64,000 nt of DNA, taken from contig OX597825.1 in assembly GCA_951406725.2 (NCBI GenBank), forward strand, positions 88,350,001 through 88,414,000, given 5' to 3'. Position numbers and translations under genes: made by a program. This document shows, piece after piece, positions 59,312 to 64,000 of the stretch. Each line of letters begins with the position of its first letter. The stretch's first letter is position 1. This DNA comes from Octopus vulgaris (lineage: Eukaryota). The notes beneath the pieces were generated by a model, which was given only the letters and a program-made list of their open reading frames with translations, did no database searches and had not been told where the DNA came from.

Positions 59312-59325
59312 ATCATACGGAGCAA

Positions 59326-59432
59326 TTATTCGGCAGCTACCGATTAATTATCTCATCACATTTACAGATAAATTTCTCTATTTACATAATATCGAGGTCT
59401 GTTTCTTTCTTTTGTTGCCTTACCATTTTTAT

Positions 59433-59435
<3 letters not shown>
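59326..59435 (+). mobile_element. Family B 3' fragment with a short 5' fold-back
   Basis: aattattcggcagc|taccgattaatt hairpin, then tttacagataaatttctctatttacataatatcgaggtc...ttttgttg...atcaat and (TA)n. Confidence 0.75.
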
Positions 59436-59523
<88 letters not shown>

Positions 59524-60799
59524 CACAGTTACACATGTACACATGCCTATGTATGTGTGTGTGTGTGCATTTATAGGAATTGCTGAAAAGAAAACCATAT
59601 TCCAAATTCAGATTATTTTGTAAAATTTATTCATATCACTTAAATAGGTTTTTCTTCCTGTGTTATGCTCGAAATATTTTACATGTTTGTGGTGTAGATT
59701 TTCACCGATTTTTTCAGCATAAGATACAGCTGACTACTCTTACTCTCATCTTGTTAGCAATCCCAACGTTTAGATATAAATAAAGCCTTTCAACGATGTG
59801 GAATAGTTAATTATTGCTGGAAGTTTGCAGATTTACGGAGCTTATTTATGACAATTGATATATAAAATAAACAGCTGCATTTCAAATATATATACTACTA
59901 AACTATTGATTTTTCGAAAAAAAAAAAACCTTCGATTATTAGGGCTATTCATTAGAATTTGTTTTCACAATCACCGAATCGGTAAAAGTTTTCCTAACAC
60001 AGTCAGCTTCTTCACTTGAGTTGCAGTGTTAATCGCTTTCACAGAGATTGTAGATAAATACAAAAATTCATATTACATTCACCTTAAACACATAATTTCT
60101 TGCAGCGAATGGTAGAAACAGGCAACCCTGTGTGTGTATGTGAAAACAGAGAGAGAGGGGGAGAGAAGGAGAGGGGGAGAGAGGTTTCGACGACAATTGG
60201 CTACGGCTATGAGTAACTTAATAGCACCCACAGGACCAGACGTTTTATCATATTTCCTTTTATAGTCATACTTTGGGCACCATAACACATATCCAGTTGT
60301 GGGTCAATCATCTGGAATTTCTGGGAAGTATTCATTCAGTAATCGTTTTCAAGTTAAGAGTACTTTTTCTTTCCTTACAAATCTTGGTATGATGCAAAAG
60401 AATTCAAGGCCCGAGAAATATTCCTGTCTTGTTGTTATGATATGAAGAGATCAGAATCTTGTGGAGGGAGGACTGCACGGAAAGCAAATCTTGGATGGAT
60501 TGTGAAGTTGGCATTGTTGCCGGAATATATTGCACTCGCGTGGGCTCGATGCATTTTGGGCCGAAACGATTGCTGTGCGCAATAAAATTTCTCGCATATA
60601 CCATTTACCATCTCTATCATCTGTTATGTATATATATATATATATATCATCACAATCAAGGAACGGCCATAATAGGCCATTCATCCACTAGAAATAACAG
60701 CCAAAGCTTCAACCGCAAAACAACATTAATTCCGCAAACCAGGAGAAAATTAAAAAAACATTTACCCTGTAGTTCCTTATACGATGCACCGTTTCATCT

Positions 60800-60965
60800 A
60801 TATATATATACAACGGACTTCTTTCAGCTTCCGTCGACCAAATGTACTCACAAGACTTCGGCCGGCTCGACACTATAGAAGAAGATACGTATCCAATGTG
60901 CCACGCAGTTGGACTGAATCTGGAACCATGTTGTCAGAAAGCAAGCTCCATGCCGCACAGTCAGG
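60800..60965 (-). mobile_element. SINE family S3, 5' part
   Basis: ctttcagcttccgtc.accaaat...ctatagaagaagat...gccacgcagttggactgaatctggaaccatg. Confidence 0.75.
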
Positions 60966-61736
60966 CTTTTATATATATATATATATACATATTATATGCT
61001 GACGTCATAAAACTGTATAAAATTCGAGACAATGCGTAGGAATGAAATCATTTTGCTATATTCTTAACTGAATCTTCAAGTTCATATAAGTTCGGATAAG
61101 TGTCTATTAGTGGATGGCGTTCTATCTTGTTGATCCCATCAATATTGGAAATCGGGTTTATGACAGAGGGTACCGTCATACTTCCAGAATCTTTGTGAAG
61201 AATATTGTGTTCATCGAGCCGTTATTTCGATGGATGAAGAATGGTATTACATTTTCAGTGGAGATGTTGTATGTTCATTAAAAGTGTTTGACTTTAAAAT
61301 ATGTAGGTGAACTGTAAGATCATTGGCTAGGAGAAAATATGAACTTTAAACCTGTTTGAAATCGTTCCTTAGAGTTTAGGGTTTGTTAGATTTCTAATGT
61401 GCAAATTGCTCACGATTTTATATTTTGGTTCTGTGATTTGACCCTTGATACAATATTAACGGCAGTCAAATCTAAATGAAGTATGACACGAATGGAATGT
61501 AAAGGTGTTCATTTAGCTGCATTAAATGCATCTAAAATAAATATTATGTTTTAAGAGGCAATATTTTTTTGTGTTTTTTTGCCAAAAATTGACAAATACA
61601 CAAATAACAAATTATATGAGGACAACCGAAGTCACTATTTCTGTTGATTATAATTTGATTTTAATATTGCTTACAGGTATTTTCATTCCCCTTTAGAAGC
61701 AATTTATTTTTCTTTTGCAACTCAAATTACATATGC

Positions 61737-61772
<36 letters not shown>

Positions 61773-62592
61773 GTATGTGTGTGTGTGTGTGAGAGAGAGC
61801 GAGAGAACTTTTGCATGTGTGTATGCAGTACATACATATGTACTGCATACACACATGCAAACGTTCTCTCTCTCTCTCTCTCTCTCTTCTCATGCACACA
61901 CACACACACACACACACAAGCATATGTAAGATAGATATAATTATTGTGTGTGTGTGTTTAAATGTGTGATCCATGCATTTAAGTTTGACTTTTATGCGGC
62001 AGCAGGATGTGTTACAAATGAGATGTGCGAGATGAAACGCAATTTGTAAGGTATTACAAGCTATTACGCGCGAATATGACATATGTCAAAATATTCCCTG
62101 CGCATAACATAAATATCCTACACTACTATGCAAGAAAACCTGTCTGACAGCTGAGCTTCGAGCAGAAGATGAATGTTTGAGGAAGCATGCAACTATATTT
62201 TCATTTAGTGTGCTTGAAAATATTTGGAATCTGCTGTCAAACTTTGCTTCTTGTATTCGAAAGTGAAAACAAATTAATAAAGGTATATCATGCTTCCGTA
62301 AATTCCTCTGACAACTTCAAAATACAAAAGTTAAATATTTCAAGAATTTGGAAAGTAAAATACATTGACTTCATATGGAATCCTGCAATTTTGAAATCGT
62401 TGGATCTACGAATGCTATTTATAAGGATTCAGAACATATATACAATTCGACAACACATCATTTGGAGATTCGTGTAGAATGAAAAAAAAACTTTTAAGGT
62501 ATTAAGAGATAAAAATGTCTACGTCATTTTGCGTTCAATAAGTCTTGCTTACTATATTCATAGATGGGAACTAAAAAGCATACATAGTGCCT

Positions 62593-62623
<31 letters not shown>

Positions 62624-62791
62624 AATGCATCGGTCCCTCTAGATGAAGTTCTGAAAAACTATTTCTGGTGCATCCTTCGGTGCAGATGATCCTCGCTAGG
62701 CGACTTGTCAAAAGGTACTCTCTAATTAAACTCTGTTTAAACGGCATACTACCAGGTGTTTACCCAATTTATAATTATATGTGAGTGCGTT

Positions 62792-62852
<61 letters not shown>

Positions 62853-62861
<9 letters not shown>

Positions 62862-63028
62862 ACAATCATTATCTCGATGAGATGCCGGAGCAGACTTCAG
62901 CCACGGCATCCGAAACTCTGGGTTTGTTATGACAACCAACTAGTTATAACATATATTTATAGATAAATTCCCCTATTTTACATAATGTCGAGGTATCATT
63001 AATTCTTTTGTTGTCATATTACTATTAA
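62853..63028 (+). mobile_element. Family B pLTR copy with degenerate hammerhead and short 5' inversion
   Basis: TCGATGA-GATGCCG(loop)CGGCATC-C-GAAA-CTCTGGG-TT. The preceding atatatgtgacaat is an inverted piece of the family sequence attgtcacatatat; flanked by (TA)n and (CA)n. Confidence 0.75.
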
Positions 63029-63030
63029 TA

Positions 63031-63117
<87 letters not shown>

Positions 63118-64000
63118 ATATATACGTAATATACATACCACGCATGTGCATCATTGTGTGCAATTTAGATGTAAATAATATACCCATACGCGTAATTACA
63201 GTTCATGCGAAGAGAATTATGCCTAATTTAACAAACGTAGCATCGCAATGACAACTGATGAATTCCAAACGTTATCACATAATTTTAGGAATTCGAACGT
63301 ATGAACTAAACTGAAATAGAATAATTAGAGATAAGAGAAAACAGATAAGAGATTAGGTATATTCGTTCAATCAAAATAGTTTAAACGATAAAAAAATAGA
63401 GGATCTCCAAACAGATCCGTTAGAAAAAATTTCATTCGTGAATCATTTTACGAAACCAGAAAATATTTCATATTATTTTGTGTAATGTTACTGTTGTAGA
63501 AATTATTTTCACTCACTCTGCATATATATTCTGTATGTATGGGTTTGTGCGTGGGTATATAAATATGTGTGTGTGTGTGTTTTGTCTGTCTGTCTGTGTA
63601 CGTACTCTCTCATAGACACACACACAACTTTTACAAGGAAAATATTGACACTAACTTCGATGTTCCGGCTTGTCTACCTTCAATAAATGATCCGATGTGT
63701 GTTCTGGTACTCCTTTATATTTCTGGATATTCATATTTACCAATTTCTCGAATTATCGTGTTTTTATATAGACTGTTGCTGAAAGCAAGAATCTACCTGT
63801 TTTCTATCCATTTGTTACAACAATGCACAGTCAATTTTACCTTTGATCCACTGACGAACTGAAATGTTACACTTTAAAATACAGGTAACATATCAATCAC
63901 TGACTTTTTTCCAAAGTCTATTTACGCCATCTATAAAATCTGAGCATACGTCGTATTGTAAGGAAGCTCCACATTTAAGAACTTATTTTCAGACCATGCT

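Noticed and set aside
63251-63280. CTGATGAattccAAACGTT as a hammerhead (similarly ~34603-34620 on the minus strand)
   Set aside because: Stem II is too short or GAAA is absent, and there is no stem I pairing; chance matches.

Overview
AT-rich, microsatellite-dense eukaryotic DNA. The tRNA-derived SINE families and repeat landscape suggest an octopus or other cephalopod, which is an inference. I find one credible host gene: a class A (rhodopsin-like) GPCR whose 7TM coding region lies in one exon (15027-16334, +). The rest is mostly transposon debris: an internally deleted Dong/R4-type non-LTR retrotransposon (~55825-59005), Penelope-like element (PLE) ORF remnants including a GIY-YIG domain, a maT/Tc1-mariner remnant, RTE and L2/CR1 fragments, hAT and mariner MITEs, and many SINEs. 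Nearly all short ORFs in the track are microsatellite artefacts. The most striking signal is non-coding. At least five short repeat families abut microsatellites, often carry fold-back inversions, and contain minimal type I hammerhead ribozyme motifs (CUGANGA...GAAA, a palindromic stem III, GUH). Highlights are a ~356-nt tandem retrozyme-like unit whose boundary falls on the predicted cleavage site (37731-38462), a tRNA-headed hammerhead element (50261-50868), and an intact-looking sense-strand hammerhead ~310 nt upstream of the GPCR exon (14634-14694). All folds and alignments were done by eye, and repeat boundaries are approximate.
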